DNA of 64,000 nucleotides from Camelus dromedarius (GCF_036321535.1 NC_087447.1:47060001-47124000); one strand, 5' to 3'; counted from the first letter of the stretch, positions 9,781 through 23,135 are shown. The notes: a model not told the origin generated them from the letters alone. Numbers and translations: made by a program.

Positions 9781-10639
9781 AGACCCACGAGCTGGAGCGC
9801 CCAGCAGGCAGAAGGATTGTAACGGAGGTGCTGCATGAAGCTGCGGAGGGGGAGGGTCGCCTAAGCCGATGTCCCTCTATCCTGACTTGTCCTGAAGGTC
9901 ATACGACCCTGCCCTGCACCTTCAGAGACCAGCCTGCCTGTCCTCTCTCCCAGGTCCCCCATCTCAGTCTCTCTCCCCACCGCCACTAAGTGTGAGATGG
10001 CACTCTGGTTCTCAGCACTCTCCGTACAGATCATGTGTGAAGAATGTCAGGACCAGGGAGTACCCAAGTGACCTCTTCACTCTTTCTCAGCCTCCACCCC
10101 TCTCCTCCAGAGGCCTTTTTGTTCTTCAGGAAAACCACCTAGAATCAGTCTGGGCCTGGCCACTGATGAGTTCTGCATCATGGGACCACAGGACAGGACA
10201 TAGGATCCTTTCCAGGAGAATAGAACAGAGAACTCTTCTGCCTCTGCAGCACACCTGAGGTGGATTGAACAGCTTCCCTACCCAGCCCTCAGGCTCCTTT
10301 ACCCAATCTTGGTAGGTCCCCACCTTGTTACTAGCCAAAGTCCTTGGGGGATGAGAGAAGGGCTCCCCCCCCACATCCCCAGTTTACCAGCATACTGGGG
10401 AGCATGCCCAACCTGGCCGCTCATTCTTTGCTTAACACAAGGACCACTTGTCCCCCATTTCTGTAACTACTCCTTACCAGGGGGTTTCTCTGAGATATTT
10501 TCTCTAATTAGTTTTAAATTCTAAATTGACAGCTAAACTGATTTAAAACATTCTCTCGACCGGTGTGGGAGGTACACCCCTCTGCCTTGACACTTCCTAT
10601 ACAGGAAGTCCAAGGGATCTCAGAACTGGGAAATCAGAT

Positions 10640-11140
10640 GGTGCCACTGCTCTCTTTCTTAGACCTCCCATGGCTCTCCATTGCCCTCACGATCAAATCC
10701 AAGCCCTCACTTTGGCCCACAATGTCCTCCATGCCAGTGCTCCAGCCTGCCTCCCCCTTCACCATGACTATCATTGCAGCCCTGAACCCATTGCTTTTTT
10801 AGTCCAGAGCTGTTCTCTCTGGCTGGAACATTCATTCCAGTCTCTACCCACCACCCCTAAAAACAACCCCAAGCCTAGTTGACATTTATCCACCAGGTTT
10901 CAACTTGGACATCACTGCTTCCTGGAAGCCTTCCCTGATACCCCTAGACTAGGTTGTGGTGTACCTCCTCCCCTTTTGGTTATTCGTGTCACCTTGTTGA
11001 AGTATTTGCAATAACGTGCAAGGTCTCAAGGCAGAAATATGTCCTTTCATTGAAAACTTTCTCCCCAGCCCTACCACGGTGGCTAGCACATCACTGCACA
11101 TCATAGATCTTCCCATACCTGTTTGTTGAATGAATAATGA
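10640..11140 (+). mobile_element. Ancient LINE2 3' fragment
   Basis: L2-like motifs (ATCAAATCCAAGCCCTCAC..., GGAAGCCTTCCCTGA...) ending in a TGTTGAATGAATAA tail. Confidence 0.6.
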
Positions 11141-11169
11141 AGGCTAAGCTGAAATCTTTGTGTTGGGGA

Positions 11170-11572
11170 ATCCTGCCCTTGTTTCCAGGGAAGGAAGCAT
11201 CATCCCCTGACTCCCACTCCCCACTCTCTGAAAAGAGATCGTCCTCCCTTCTTCATTCCCTCACTCCTCAGTAACAGGAAACTTCCTCCCTCTGGGCCAG
11301 CCTTCTGCCTGCAAGAAAGGCCTTCCTCATCTGAGGAGTTTTTAGGCAGCCATATCTCTTCCACAGGGACAAAGCTGAAGCAAAGGAGCCACAGAGGCTT
11401 ATGCACAGGGACCAGCAGAGATATGCAGCCTGGCTCCACTTGTCTCTGTTTCCATGATCTATCCCTGTCATTTCTTCTCTTTTGGTCACTGAACCAATAA
11501 ATTCCTCTTTTGGTCTTACCTACTTTAAGTTGGGCTTCTGACAGTTGCCACCAAGAGTTCTGACCAATATAA
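11170..11572 (+). mobile_element. Old ERVL-class solo LTR fragment
   Basis: Ends AATAAATTCCTCTTTT...GTTGGGCTTCTGACAGTTGCCACCAAGAGTTCTGACCAATA, resembling LTR16/LTR33-type 3' ends. Confidence 0.5.
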
Positions 11573-12159
11573 TCTGTGAATACTTGACACCTTTACAGGT
11601 AATCAAACAAATGGTTTGGTGATTGGAAGTTTTATGGTAACATGCATGTTGCAGGGTCAGCTTGGCAGGAGCTGGCCTTCCCCTGACTCAGGACTGTCCT
11701 CAGGAGTTGGAGGTTCCTCTCTCTGCAGGGAGCCATTTGCCTCTGCTGACTGGCACTAAAACTGAGATGAAGCCCAAGAAAATCATTTGAATTCTGTCCA
11801 CTGTTGAGTTTAGGTGTTTCAGATGGTGGAGGTGGGGGTAATTTGGAGGCTAGGCTGCACGTATGGTGTGTGAGTGTGTGTGTGTGTATTTGGGTGTGAT
11901 ATCGGGACAGGTAAGAGGGCTTCCTGAGAACTCACCATTAAAGGAGACAGGCAGAGTGGGCTGGATTCTGCAAGGGCCTCACACCAGAGAGGCTAGTGGT
12001 TGAGATCTGATGTGGGAGCTCATTCTGTTGGAGACCCTCCTGCCCAAAATGCATGCTCTCCTGGGGAACTAAAAATGCTCTGGCATGAAACACTGTCTCA
12101 GCAAGCCTGCTGTGAAGCCTCCTTGCTGAGCAAATTGCCTTTTCTTCTACAACTGATGA

Positions 12160-12335
12160 CAGATTCTGGAGCCTGACTGCTGGGTTCCAGCTCTGGTGCT
12201 GCCACTTCCAAGCTGGATGACTTAGGGTAAGTTATTCAACCTCTCTGGGCCTCAGCTTTCTCACCAGGAACCTGGTTTATTTTAATTATTAGGTGTTTGA
12301 ATAGTGTGTGGCACATAGTAAACATTAAATAAATT
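12160..12335 (+). mobile_element. MIR SINE
   Basis: CTGGGTTCCAGCTCTGGTGCTGCCACTTCC..GCTGGATGACTTAGGGTAAGTTATTCAACCTCTCTGGGCCTCAG core. Confidence 0.7.
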
Positions 12336-14170
12336 ATCTACCACCACCACCACCTGTTCTCTCTTACCAAGTGACTGAGCTCTGTGACTGATAGACCCAG
12401 ACCACATTCTGGCCAGGCTCATCTGGTGTGTTCCACCTGGTACCTGTATCTTTGCACTGTAGCATCACCTCTACCCTCAAGATTTCAGAAGATATCAGAG
12501 CCTTGAAGAGTTAGCCAGCCTGACCCCTTAACTTTTGCAGATGAAGAAAGTGATGCCTCTGGAGGGGAGGGGTCCTGTAGGAAGGATAAAAGTGAAAACA
12601 GTGGGAGTGTGTCATGGTGAGGGGATCCCTCCACAGAGAGAGCAGCAGGCCAAAAGCAATCTGGGGAGTGGGTACAGTGGGGACTGTCTTTTTCTTCTGC
12701 TCTGATCCCAACCCTGTGAGCATGGACAGTGGAAGTACCATGAGAACAGATGAGAAAGGACCCATGCCCTGGAGAATTCTTTCTGCCTGTGGTCACTTGG
12801 AGGATGGCAGACTGGGCTATTTCTATGATCAGTCATAGATCTTAGCCTCCCCTTAGAACTCTAAGCAAGGATCTCCAGGGCTCATAGTGTGGGCACCATC
12901 TGAGTTATTAATCCAGTGCACTCCTGTCAGTCCTTCTCTCCTATGAGACAGCACGGAGCGGTGGCCTGTCCCTACCTTTGAAATGCACCTTCTCACCCTC
13001 TGAAGCAGTGTTCTCAGTGTTACCATTGTTCAGCTATGATTGGAAGCCAACTTTGATCTGACATTCATGTCTACTTTCTAATAAAGGATGGAGCTTATCA
13101 GTGAAAAGTTAACAAATTTCTGGTCCTGCTTAAGGGCCCTATAACTCATTTCACCCTCATCTATCTACCAACTCCATCAGCAACCTTCTTCTAAATCCCT
13201 ATTCTCTCCTGCTATTCCTGATCCAGGGAAGGTTACTGTATATTCCCAACCTATCAGAACCTGTAGTCTCTTGTTCATCTCTCTGTTGTAGGGACAACTT
13301 TTGTTAACTATTTTCTTCTTTCCACTAGTACCTTAGGCTACACAGTCTTCCACTAATTTCCATTTTTGTTTGTGTGTTTTTTTTAAAGCTCGTAGCATTA
13401 GGCCTTTCCAAGGTCCAAAATGTTCAACCCTCAGATGTCCCTGAAGAATGAGAAAAGATCTTAACCCAGTTCTAAACGTTTTTCAAGTGTCTGATCTATG
13501 ATGGAACTTCATGGGGCACTAGACACATGGGGATAAATTAATCCTGGAATACTGCCTTTAAGGATCTCCCAATCTGGTGGGCACATAGGCACTTATTTAT
13601 TAGGAGGCTCTTAGAACGTTTTAGTTGTCTGGTCAAGGGAATGGCATAGAAAAGGTGAGGCAAGTTGATTCTTTTTTTAAAAAATGGGGGGGGGGGCGTG
13701 GATAAAGGTTTTGATCCCACCAACCATGCCATACATTGACAAGCTTATTCAAGCTTTTGTGCATGGGAAGGGACCTGCCCAAGGCTGCTGTAATAGACAT
13801 CTGTGGTGTGGTCAGCCCAGTACAATTCTTCCCTTGGAAACTATCTCCTCCATCCACATGGCTACCTAGGGAACCACTGTTCTTACATAATCCTACCCTC
13901 AGCCATAACAGGTCCAGGTGTGGAAGACACACCTGTCTTCCTGCTGTTTGAAGACAGGTCAATAAAACCCTTTCTCATCATTTTTTCTTATTTGAATTGA
14001 GAAACAAGTCATTCTCTTTTAAATGGGGAAAGCTATAAATATAAAAACTCAGTAAATGTTTGCAGTCATGTTCCCCAACATGAAAGGAAGGAAAGTGGTT
14101 GCAGTGAAGAAAGAATAAATAAGAAGTTGATGCAAGATATAGAGACTCATGTTAGAATTTAAGAGCCTAG

Positions 14171-15676
14171 ACCTACAGTAATCAAAACAGCATGGTATTG
14201 GTACAAAAACAGACATATGGATCAATGGAACAGAATAGAGAGCCCAGAAATAAACCCACAAACTTTTGGTCAATTAATCTTTGACAAAGGAGGCAAGAAC
14301 ACACAATGGAGTAAAGACAGTCTCCTCAGCAAATGATGTTGAGAAAACTGGACAGCTGCATGTAAATCAGTGAAGTTAGAACACTCCCTCACACCATACA
14401 CAAAAATAAACTCAAATTGTCTTAAAGACTAAAATGTAAGACAAGACACTATAAACCTCTTAGAAGAAAACATAGGCAAAACATTATCCGACATAAATCT
14501 CAGCAATGTTCTCCTAGGGCAGTCTACCCAAGCAATAGAAATAAAAGCAAAATATAAACAAATGGCAACTAATTAAACTTATAAGCTTTTGCACAGCAAA
14601 GGAAACCATAAGCAAAACAAAAATACAACCTACAGAATGGGAGAAAATACTTGCAAAAATGAGATGTTGACAAGGGCTTAATCTCCAGAATATATAAACA
14701 GCTCATACAACTTAATAAGAAAAAAAATAAACAAACCAATCCAAAAATGGGCAGAAGACCTAAACAAGCAATTCTCCAGTGAAGACATACAAATAGCCAA
14801 CAGGCACATGAAAAAATGCTTAATATCGCTAATTATCAGAGAAATGCAAATCAAAACTACAATGAGGTATCACCTCACACCAGTCAGAATGGCCATCATT
14901 CAAAAGTCCATGAACGATAAATGCTGGAGAGGCTGTGGAGAAAAGGGAACCCTCTTACACTTTGGTGGGAATGTAGTTTGGTGCAGCCGTTATGGAAAAC
15001 AGTATGGAGATTCCTCAGAAAACTAAAAACAGACTTACCATATGATCCAGCAATCCACTCCTGGGCATATATCCAGAGGGAACCTTAATTTAAAAAGACA
15101 CATGCACCCCAGTGTTCATAGCAGCACTGTTTACAATAGCCAAGACATGGAAACAACCTAAATATCCATTGACAGATGACTAGATAAAGAAGTTGTGGTA
15201 TATTAATATAATGGAATACTACCCAGCCATAAAAAATAATAAAACAATGCCATTTGCAGCAACCTGGATGTTCCTGGAGAATGTCATTCTAAGTGAAGTA
15301 AGCCAGAAAGAGAAAGAAAAATACATGATATCACTTACATGTGGAATCTAAAAAAAAAGGCAAATGAACTTACTTACAAAACAGAAATAGATTCACAGAC
15401 ATAGGAAACAAACTTATGGTTACCAGAGGGGAAGAGGGTGGGAAGGGATAAATTGGGAGTTTGAGATTTGCAGATACGAACTACTATATATAAGATAGAT
15501 AAACAACAAGTTTATAATGTATAGCACAGGGAACTATAGTCAATATCTTGTAGTAACTTATGGTGAAAAAGAATATGAAAATGAATATATGTACATTCCT
15601 ATATGACTAAAGTATTGTGCTGTACACCAGAAATCGATACAACATTGTAAACTGACTATACTTCAATTAAAAAAAA
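14171..15676 (+). mobile_element. Young 5'-truncated LINE-1 (ORF2 3' end, 3'UTR, poly-A)
   Basis: ORF2 C-terminal peptide ([21 protein letters not shown]...[14 protein letters not shown]); perfect 17-bp target-site duplication AGAATTTAAGAGCCTAG at 14154-14170 and 15677-15693. Confidence 0.95.
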
Positions 15677-17334
15677 AGAATTTAAGAGCCTAGTTCTGGT
15701 TATTACTGAGATATCCTTACCTTTTTTGCAAATTAGTTGTTTACCCCTTTATTCAATTTTGTTATCCGCTACATTCTTCTTTATGTTTAATCTATTTCAA
15801 GTTGGATTTCTGTCACTTCCAAAAAAAGATTCAAATAAAAAATTGGTGTAAGGTATGCAGTGATGCAAATGACAGACCCTAAAAAATGGGCTTGGCCTTG
15901 TTGATACATGGTGGAATGCAGTGAGAATCCCACTGTTCTGAGCCCAGAAATGAGGTGTTTTTGTTAGGTGATAATGAAGTAGCTGGGAAAACCACTGCAT
16001 ATTGTCTCTTAGAACTTGACCTCAACTTTCCCTCTTGCCATGTGGTTGCAACTTCAGAGGGTTAGGTAGAAAAATGACAAAATATTGGAACATCTCCTTT
16101 GTATTTGACAACCTTGGGAAGGTGCTTTAAGAGGGGACAAGCAGATGAGGAGCAGCATGACAATTAGTAACTCTGGTAAGGAAGCCTCTGCCGGTGGCCA
16201 GCAATCTGAGCTGCTGCAGGAGGATAATCACGTGCTTTGCAGATTGGCCATAATTAAGTTCTCTGCCCCACCTTAGACTGAACACTTGATTAGGAAACGG
16301 TGAATGTCTGACAGGTGAAATGGGACTATTTGGGATGATCTGGAGGAATTAGGGAAGTGTGATTCTCCTAGTCCTTCTTGGCATCCTGGCCTGACAGCAG
16401 GAAAGAGTTGGCATTTATTTTTTGATGTCTGGCATCTGCAACCAGTTTCTAAGTTAGGGGCATTCTCCACCTAATTGATGCCAGATAGTTGCTCTCTGAA
16501 CTTCCCTTACAACCAGAATGCAGACATTTGACCCATTCTCAGCCAAGCATGTCCACTGATCACAGACTAAACTAAGGAATTCATAGTTAAAGAAATGAGG
16601 ACTCAGCAACCATAAGAATTCTCTCCAGGGGCAATGGGGTTGCAGCAAGATCTAGTTCTAGGTGCAGTAGGGCCCCTACACAGCTTGTTTTTGGCAGCAT
16701 TGTGGGTTCAGTGCCAACTATGTCAGCTGAAAGGGGCAGTGTTGACAGGGCTATCCTCATGGAGACAACAATGTAGCTTAATTTGGGGCATTGTTTCTAG
16801 TTGTGTGGTTCTGTATTTCGTCCTTCAGTCATTCCAGTAATTCTTAGAGATATCTATTTCACAGATGTAATATATTTAATAAAAAATTTTTTGCTTAAAT
16901 AAGATGAGGTTAGTTTCTGTTGCTTATAACTAATAATTGATTGATAAAGAAATTGGTACTTGATTGGCTGAGAGCATCAGACTCTCAGGGAACTAGTTGG
17001 AATCTGGGAATAGTTGTGTGGCTTGGTTGGGAATAAAGACAATGGAAATCCTGAGATGCAGTGGCATTCAAGGGCAAAACAGTTCATCAGTTTGTTACCA
17101 GTGTCACTTGAAATGAAGTGTGCATTGAGAGCATAGACTTGGGGGACTGTCAAAGATCAGTATGAAGAGAGTGAGGAATTCCAGGATTGTGAAGAGGTGT
17201 GGAAAGCTTAAGGATAGAATAAAAAAGGGCAAAAATCAAACTCAAAGGTTGCTCCTGTGTGAGGGTTGGAATATTGTTTGGAAGAGGGACATGTTGGGAT
17301 GGTGATTCGGATGGCTAAGAGAGCCCTGAGCCCT

Positions 17335-17840
17335 CTATGAGTTAGGGTGAGGTTGGCTGCACATAAGGGAAAATGTAAAATAACGATAGTGTAAACAAAA
17401 TAACAGATTATTTCTTCTTCACTTAAAGGAAGTCTGAAGGTAAGGAGTTTAGTGCTGGTGTGGCTGCTCAATGGACACCAGAGACTCACATTCCTTCTTT
17501 CATTATGTTTCTTAGGCTGTGATTTCTAACCTCAGAGTTACTTCATTTTCTAAGATGGCTGCTGGAATTCTGGTCATCACATCCGCATTCTAGGCAGCAA
17601 GAATGAGAAAGAAGGAAAACAGAAAGTGCATCTCTCAGTGAGATATCTCCCTGTAAGAAACATTTCAGAAGTTCCATGCAACAATTCTGCTTATTTCTTT
17701 TTTGCCTGAACTCAGTCATATGGTCACATCAGACTTAACGAGAGATTAGGAAAGGCATGATTTTAGATGGGCACAATAATATCCCAAACAAAATACAGTC
17801 TCTGTTGCTGAGGAATAAGGAGAGAATGGACATTAGGTGA
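17335..17840 (-). mobile_element. Old MaLR LTR (MLT1J/K-like)
   Basis: Resembles the reverse complement of an MLT1 LTR (GTTAGG...TTGGCTGC...; AAGATGGCTGCTGGAATTCTGGTCATCACATCCGCATTC). Confidence 0.6.
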
Positions 17841-17841
17841 G

Positions 17842-18397
17842 TGTATTAGTTATCCATTGCTGTATAACAAATCTCCCCAAACTTATTAACTTAAAACAAT
17901 ACACACTTAATAACTCACAATTTCTGTGGGTCAGGAGTCTAGGTGAGGCTTACCTGAGTCTTTAGTTTCAGGGCTTCTCCCAAGACTGCAATCAAGGTGC
18001 AAGATCTGTAGGCTCAAATGGAGTCTTGACTAAGGAAAGATTTCTTCCAAGCTCACTTACATGGTTGTTGCCAGGACTCAGTTCCTCCAGGGCTGTTGGA
18101 TTGAAGGGCTCAGTCTTTACCAGATGTTAGCCAGAGTTTACCCTCAATTCCTTGTCGTACGGGCCTCTCCAACAGGGCAAGCATGTAAGAAGAGCCAGAG
18201 AGAATGCCAGCAAGACCAAAGTCAGTCCTTTATAACCTAATCTTGGAAATGGCATTCTGTCACTTTTGCCATTTCTATTTCTTTGAAGCAAGGTTACTCT
18301 GTCTTCCTGCTCACACTCAAGGAGAGGGGACTATACAAGGGCATGAGCATCAGGAGGCAGGGATCTCTGGGCACCATGTCAGAAGTTATCTACCACA
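17842..18397 (-). mobile_element. MaLR solo LTR (MLT1F/G-like)
   Basis: TGTATTAGTTATCCATTGCTGTATAACAAAT...CTACCACA (TG..CA ends); near-perfect 5-bp flanks GTGAG/GTGGG. Confidence 0.78.
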
Positions 18398-18874
18398 GTG
18401 GGCAACTGGTGATATATGTCACAACCCCAACCTCCACTGAAAATAGCCAGCAACTACAGTACTCTTTCCCTGTCTAATGGGATCACTTTTTTCTTGTTTG
18501 AAGACTATGTACAGACTTCCCATGGGGAATTATCTGGTAAGAGGAAGTCAAGTCTCCTCATGCTCCATCTCACTGACTTAATTGTCTCCACATTCACTAT
18601 CAGAAGCAGACCCCAACATGCATCAGGACCAAATAGGAGGTCAGATTCCCAAGAAAGTTTTCCCATTAAAAGAATAAAAAGATTTTTCAAATTTTTACCA
18701 ATAAAGTCTGGCAAATACATGTGGGAATGGATTCTGAGGGTGCTGGACTAGGGAGGAGGAACATAGTTTTAAACTAGGCTGAATTGACCAATATGAGAGC
18801 ACTTACCAAAGAGCCTAGATCCCATGTGTTGATTATAAGAGCTGGGAGTTCTAACTGCCTTTTTTTTTTTTTTT

Positions 18875-20350
18875 TTAAAGATGAGTGTATTTTCCCCCTA
18901 GAATCTAACATCTTATTATATTCACTTTATCACATATCCATCCATCTATCCATTCTTCTATCCATCAATCCATTGTATTTTTTGACACCTTCACAGTAAG
19001 TTGTGGACATCCACACACTTGACCTCTAACACTCCAGTGTGCATATCATTAAGTAGAAAAAAATATTAATTTTTCAGGTAAAATTTTCATATAGTGAAAT
19101 GCATAAATCTAAGCATATTGTTCAATAAGTCTGACACAGGCATATAACTGTGTGACCCAACCCCTTGACCATCATCCCAGAAAGTTCTTTCATGCCTCTT
19201 TCCAATCAATCCCAACCCCACTCCCTCAGAGGCTACCACTCTTCTAATTCTTTTCCACTACAGATTAATGTTGCCTGTCTTTGAATTCTTTTGAGTACTC
19301 TGTGTAAGCCTTCTTTTTACTCAGTATATTTTGAGATTCATCCATGTTGTATCAACATTTCAGTACTTTTTATTGCTGAGTGGTGTTTCACTGAATGAAT
19401 ATACTTGTGTAGGCAGAATTATAAGATGTCCCCCAAGATTCCTGCCTCATGGTGCACATGACCTGTACAATCCCCAATACTGTGAATATGATGGGATAGC
19501 ACTCCCATGAATAGGTTATGTCATATAGCAAGTATGACTTTTAAAAGGGGGAATTATCTGGGTGGATCAGACCTAATGACATGAACCTTTTACATTTGGG
19601 TCAAGAGGTCAGAAACAGCAAAGTCAGAGAGATTTGAAGCATGAGAGGCACTCAACATGAGGGAGATTCTTCATTGCTAGATGGAGGGGTCACACTGCAA
19701 AGAATGTGGGTGACCTCTAGGAACTGAGAGTGATTTCCAGCTGACCGCCAATAAGAAAATAGGACCTCAGTCCTACAGCCACAAGGACCTGAATTCAGCT
19801 AAGAACTTGAATAAACTTGGGAATGGATTCTTCCACAGAGCTCCCAGAAAGGAATGCAGCCCAACTGACACCCTGACATCCTGAGCAGATAATATCCCAG
19901 CCATGTTCTGAGCAGATAAGAACTGTGCCAGACTTTAACTTACAGAATTGTGAGCTGAAATGAATGTTGTTTTAAGCTGCTAAGGGTGGGGTTGTTTGTT
20001 ATGCAGCAATAGAAAACTAATATATTACTTCAGTTTGTTTAGCCATTCTCCTTTAATGGACGTATGGGTGATTTCTAGTTTTGGAATATTATGAATAGTG
20101 CTGCTATGAACATTTATGTACAAGTCTTTTTTGTGGATATATTTTTTCATTTCCCTTGAAATTGAATTGTTGGGTCATAGGGTAGATGTACATTCAGTTT
20201 TCTAAGAAACTGCTAGATCATCCCCTAAAGTGGTTGTGCCATTTTACAGTCTTACCAATAATGTATGTGAATTCTGATTGCTCCACATTCTCTTCAATGT
20301 AAAATAGTGTCAGTCTTTTTAATATTTTCCATCCTGGTGGGTGTATAATG
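18875..20350 (-). mobile_element. Old L1M 3' fragment split by an MLT1 LTR
   Basis: Reverse L1 3' motifs (GAGATTCATCCATGTTGT; TATGAATAGTGCTGCTATGAACATT) on both sides of 19406-20024. Confidence 0.7.
19406..20024 (+). mobile_element. MaLR solo LTR (MLT1E-like)
   Basis: Starts TGTGTAGGCAGAATTATAAGATG; ends TTTGTTATGCAGCAATAGAAAACTAATA; flanks ATACT/TTACT. Confidence 0.8.
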
Positions 20351-20955
20351 AATTTAAGGGCTTTTTTTAGTTGATTGACTGACACCTGGATTCACTGATG
20401 AAGTTAAATGAAATTGAGATGCCAACAATCCTTTGGTATAATTTAGAAGAAAGAACCCAAACACTTAGGGAGATGGGAATGTTGGTTTATAAACCTTTCC
20501 TTCTAGGTTTATAAGTATGATGATTCATCTACCCTCAATTCCATCCCCTGAGAGGGTCCAGATGACATTCTCTTTGCGAAGGTGTTGAGAAATACATTTG
20601 AGAGAGAGTGATGACATCTTTGGAAAGTGCTGTAGCAACTGGTTTCTGCAGTCTAGTGATGTTGGAAGAAGACACTACAGATGGGACTAAAGAATACGTG
20701 TGGGCAGTTCATTAAGATTCTGACTGATTTGTAAAATCCAAAATCCCCTGAAACAGATGAATAGAGAGGGTCATCCTAAGACAAGATAGAGAGTTATGAT
20801 CTTTCATCCAGTTTCCAGGTCTGGGTTAAGTCGCAGACTTAAGAGTCCCTTGAATGAAGTGAAATCAACTACACTTAAGGAAGATGTATAAATATCTGAC
20901 CACATATTCCTTAGAGACTTCCCTAATGGAACTGGTAGTCACTTCCCAGGGTAAC

Positions 20956-21410
20956 TGTTAGGGTCTGAATCATGTCTCCCCAAAAGATATGTCAAAGTCT
21001 TTGCCCCAGGTACCTGTGGCATAGGTGACCTTATTTGGAAATACATTCCTGGCAGATGTAATCAAGTTAAGATGAGGTCATATGGGATTAGTGTGGGCCC
21101 TAATCCAATGACTGATATCGTTAAAAGAAGAGGGAAACTTGGACACAGAGACACACAGAGAGGACACCATGTGAGGATGGAGGCAGAGGTTGGAGGGATG
21201 TAACTGCAAGCAGAGGAACACCAAGGACTGCTGATAACCACCAGAAGCTTGGAGAGAGGCATAGAATAGATACTCCCGCAGAGCCTCAGAAGGAACCAGA
21301 CCTGCCAACACCTTGACTTTCGAGTTCTGTTCTCCAGAACCATGAGAATACATTTCTGTTGTTTTAAGTCACCTAGTTTGTGGTACTTCGTTATGGCAGC
21401 CCTGGGAAAA
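20956..21410 (+). mobile_element. MaLR solo LTR (MLT1B/C-like) inserted in the ERV-L protease region
   Basis: GTGACCTTATTTGGAAATA..., CAAGTTAAGATGAGGTCAT..., GAGAATACATTTCTGTTGTTTTAAGTCACCTAGTTTGTGGTACTTCGTTATGGCAGCCCT. Confidence 0.85.
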
Positions 21411-22314
21411 GAGCAGAATAACTGACCTGGGATTGTTGACACTGGCTGTAATGCTAATCAGGGTTGTAGCTGGCACAGTGGTCCACCACTCAGAGTGGAG
21501 GCTTATGGAGTCGTGATAAGGTGACTTTTGATTCTAATCTACTTAACCATCAGTTCAGTTCTTAAATCCATTTCCACATGATTTCTCTAGTTCTGGAGTG
21601 TATAGACTAGGTGTAGTCAGCAAGTGGCAGAATATGTCTCTCTCATCCAGGGAATATGGCTATTATGGTTCAAAGGGCTAAGTGGAAGCCCTAGGACTTC
21701 TTTCTGACTAAAATTATAAACAAAAAGCAATAACGCAATTACTGGGGGAAAAGCAAGACTAAGTAACCATCAAGGCCTGAAAATTCAGAGGTGGTGATTC
21801 CTCTTACTTACCCACTTAACTCACCCATCTGGCTCATGCAGAAGTCAGGAGGGCCTTAGAGAATGACAGTGGATTACCGAAAGGTCAAGACAGGTGATAA
21901 CTCCAATTGTACTGCTGTTCCAGATATGGTTTCTTTACTAAAGCAAAACATCAGAGACTCTGCCACCTGTAATAAACTTATTAACTTGCAAATGTTTTTT
22001 CTCTATTTCAATAAGCAAAGAAAGACAAAAGTAGTTTTGTTTAACCTGGCAAGGGCAGAAGTCCATTGTCACCGTTTTGCTCAGGACCATGTTAACTTGG
22101 CCTTTGGGCCACAATTTAGTCCACAGGGACTCTGATCACTTTAGCATCCCATAAGACATCACACCAGTCTGCTATGATCATGACAAAATGCTGATAAAAC
22201 CTAAATAGGAGGAAGTTATCAGGTGCCTGGCATGTCTAAGTGAGTTGGTGGTGTTTGGGGTTTTAGTCATTCTAGTACATGTGTAGTGGTATCTCATTAT
22301 TTTAATTTAAAATA

Positions 22315-22996
22315 TTCCTTTTTTCTTAACTTTTTTTTTATTGAGTAATAGTCATTTTACAATGTTGTGTCAAATTCTAGTGTAGAGCACAATTTTTCAG
22401 TTATACATGAACATACATATATTCATTGTCACATTTTTTTTTCGCTATGAGCTACCACAAGATCTTGCTTATATTTTCCTGTGCTATACAGTATAATCTT
22501 GTTTATCTATTCTGCATTTTAAAATCCCAGTCTGTCCCTTCCCACCCCCCGCCCCCTTGGCAACCACAAGTTTGTATTCTGTCTATGAGTCTGTTTCTAT
22601 TTTGTATTTATGTTTTGTTTTGTTTTTAGATTCCTCATATGAGTGATCTCATATGGTATTTTTCTTTCTCTTTCTGGCTTACTTCACTTAGAATGACATT
22701 CTCCAGGAACATCCATGTTCCTGCAAATGGTGTTATGTTGTCGGTTTTTATGGCTGAATAGTATTCCATCGTATAAATGTACCACATCTTCTTTACTCAG
22801 TCATCTGTTGATGGACATTTAGGCTGTTTCCATGCCTTGGCTATTGTAAATAGTGCTTCTATGAACATTGGGGTGCAGGTGTTATTTTGAAGTAGGGTTC
22901 CTTCTGGATTTATGCCCAGGAGCAGGATTCCTGGGTCATATGGTATGTCTATTCCTAGTCTTTTGAGGAATCTCCATACTGTTTTCCACAATGGCT
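22315..22996 (-). mobile_element. Young LINE-1 3' fragment nested in an older L1
   Basis: Poly-T start; ORF2 tail [27 protein letters not shown]...CTPMFI; very similar to the copy at 32704-33338. Confidence 0.9.
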
Positions 22997-23135
22997 TTCC
23001 TTGCTTCCCTCTCCCACTCTTAATGATTTAGATGTCTTCTTTTACAATTTTGTGTTTATTCTTTTTGTAATTCATGGCAGTTATCTCCTTTCCAGTTATG
23101 AGTTTCTCATTTTTGTAGCATCCTGCTTCTTTTCT

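Larger units (their letters stand above)
16300..22230 (+). mobile_element. Decayed ERV-L-class provirus (LTR, gag, pro, pol remnants) fragmented by later insertions
   Basis: LTR-like end ~16950 followed by AATTGGTAC; gag-like YMWEWILRVLD (~18715-18750) and NEIEMPTILWYNLEERTQTLREMGML (~20405-20485); protease-like IVDTG (~21430-21447); RT-like PLNSPIW...RMTVDYRK (~21810-21885); many stops and frameshifts. Confidence 0.78.

Noticed and set aside
14171..15676. Active LINE-1
   Set aside because: 5'-truncated at ~1.5 kb, no ORF1 or endonuclease region, in-frame stops in ORF2
18416..18751. ERV-L gag-derived (Fv1-like) domesticated gene
   Set aside because: Only a short gag-like stretch before a stop; the rest of gag is broken by L1 and LTR insertions
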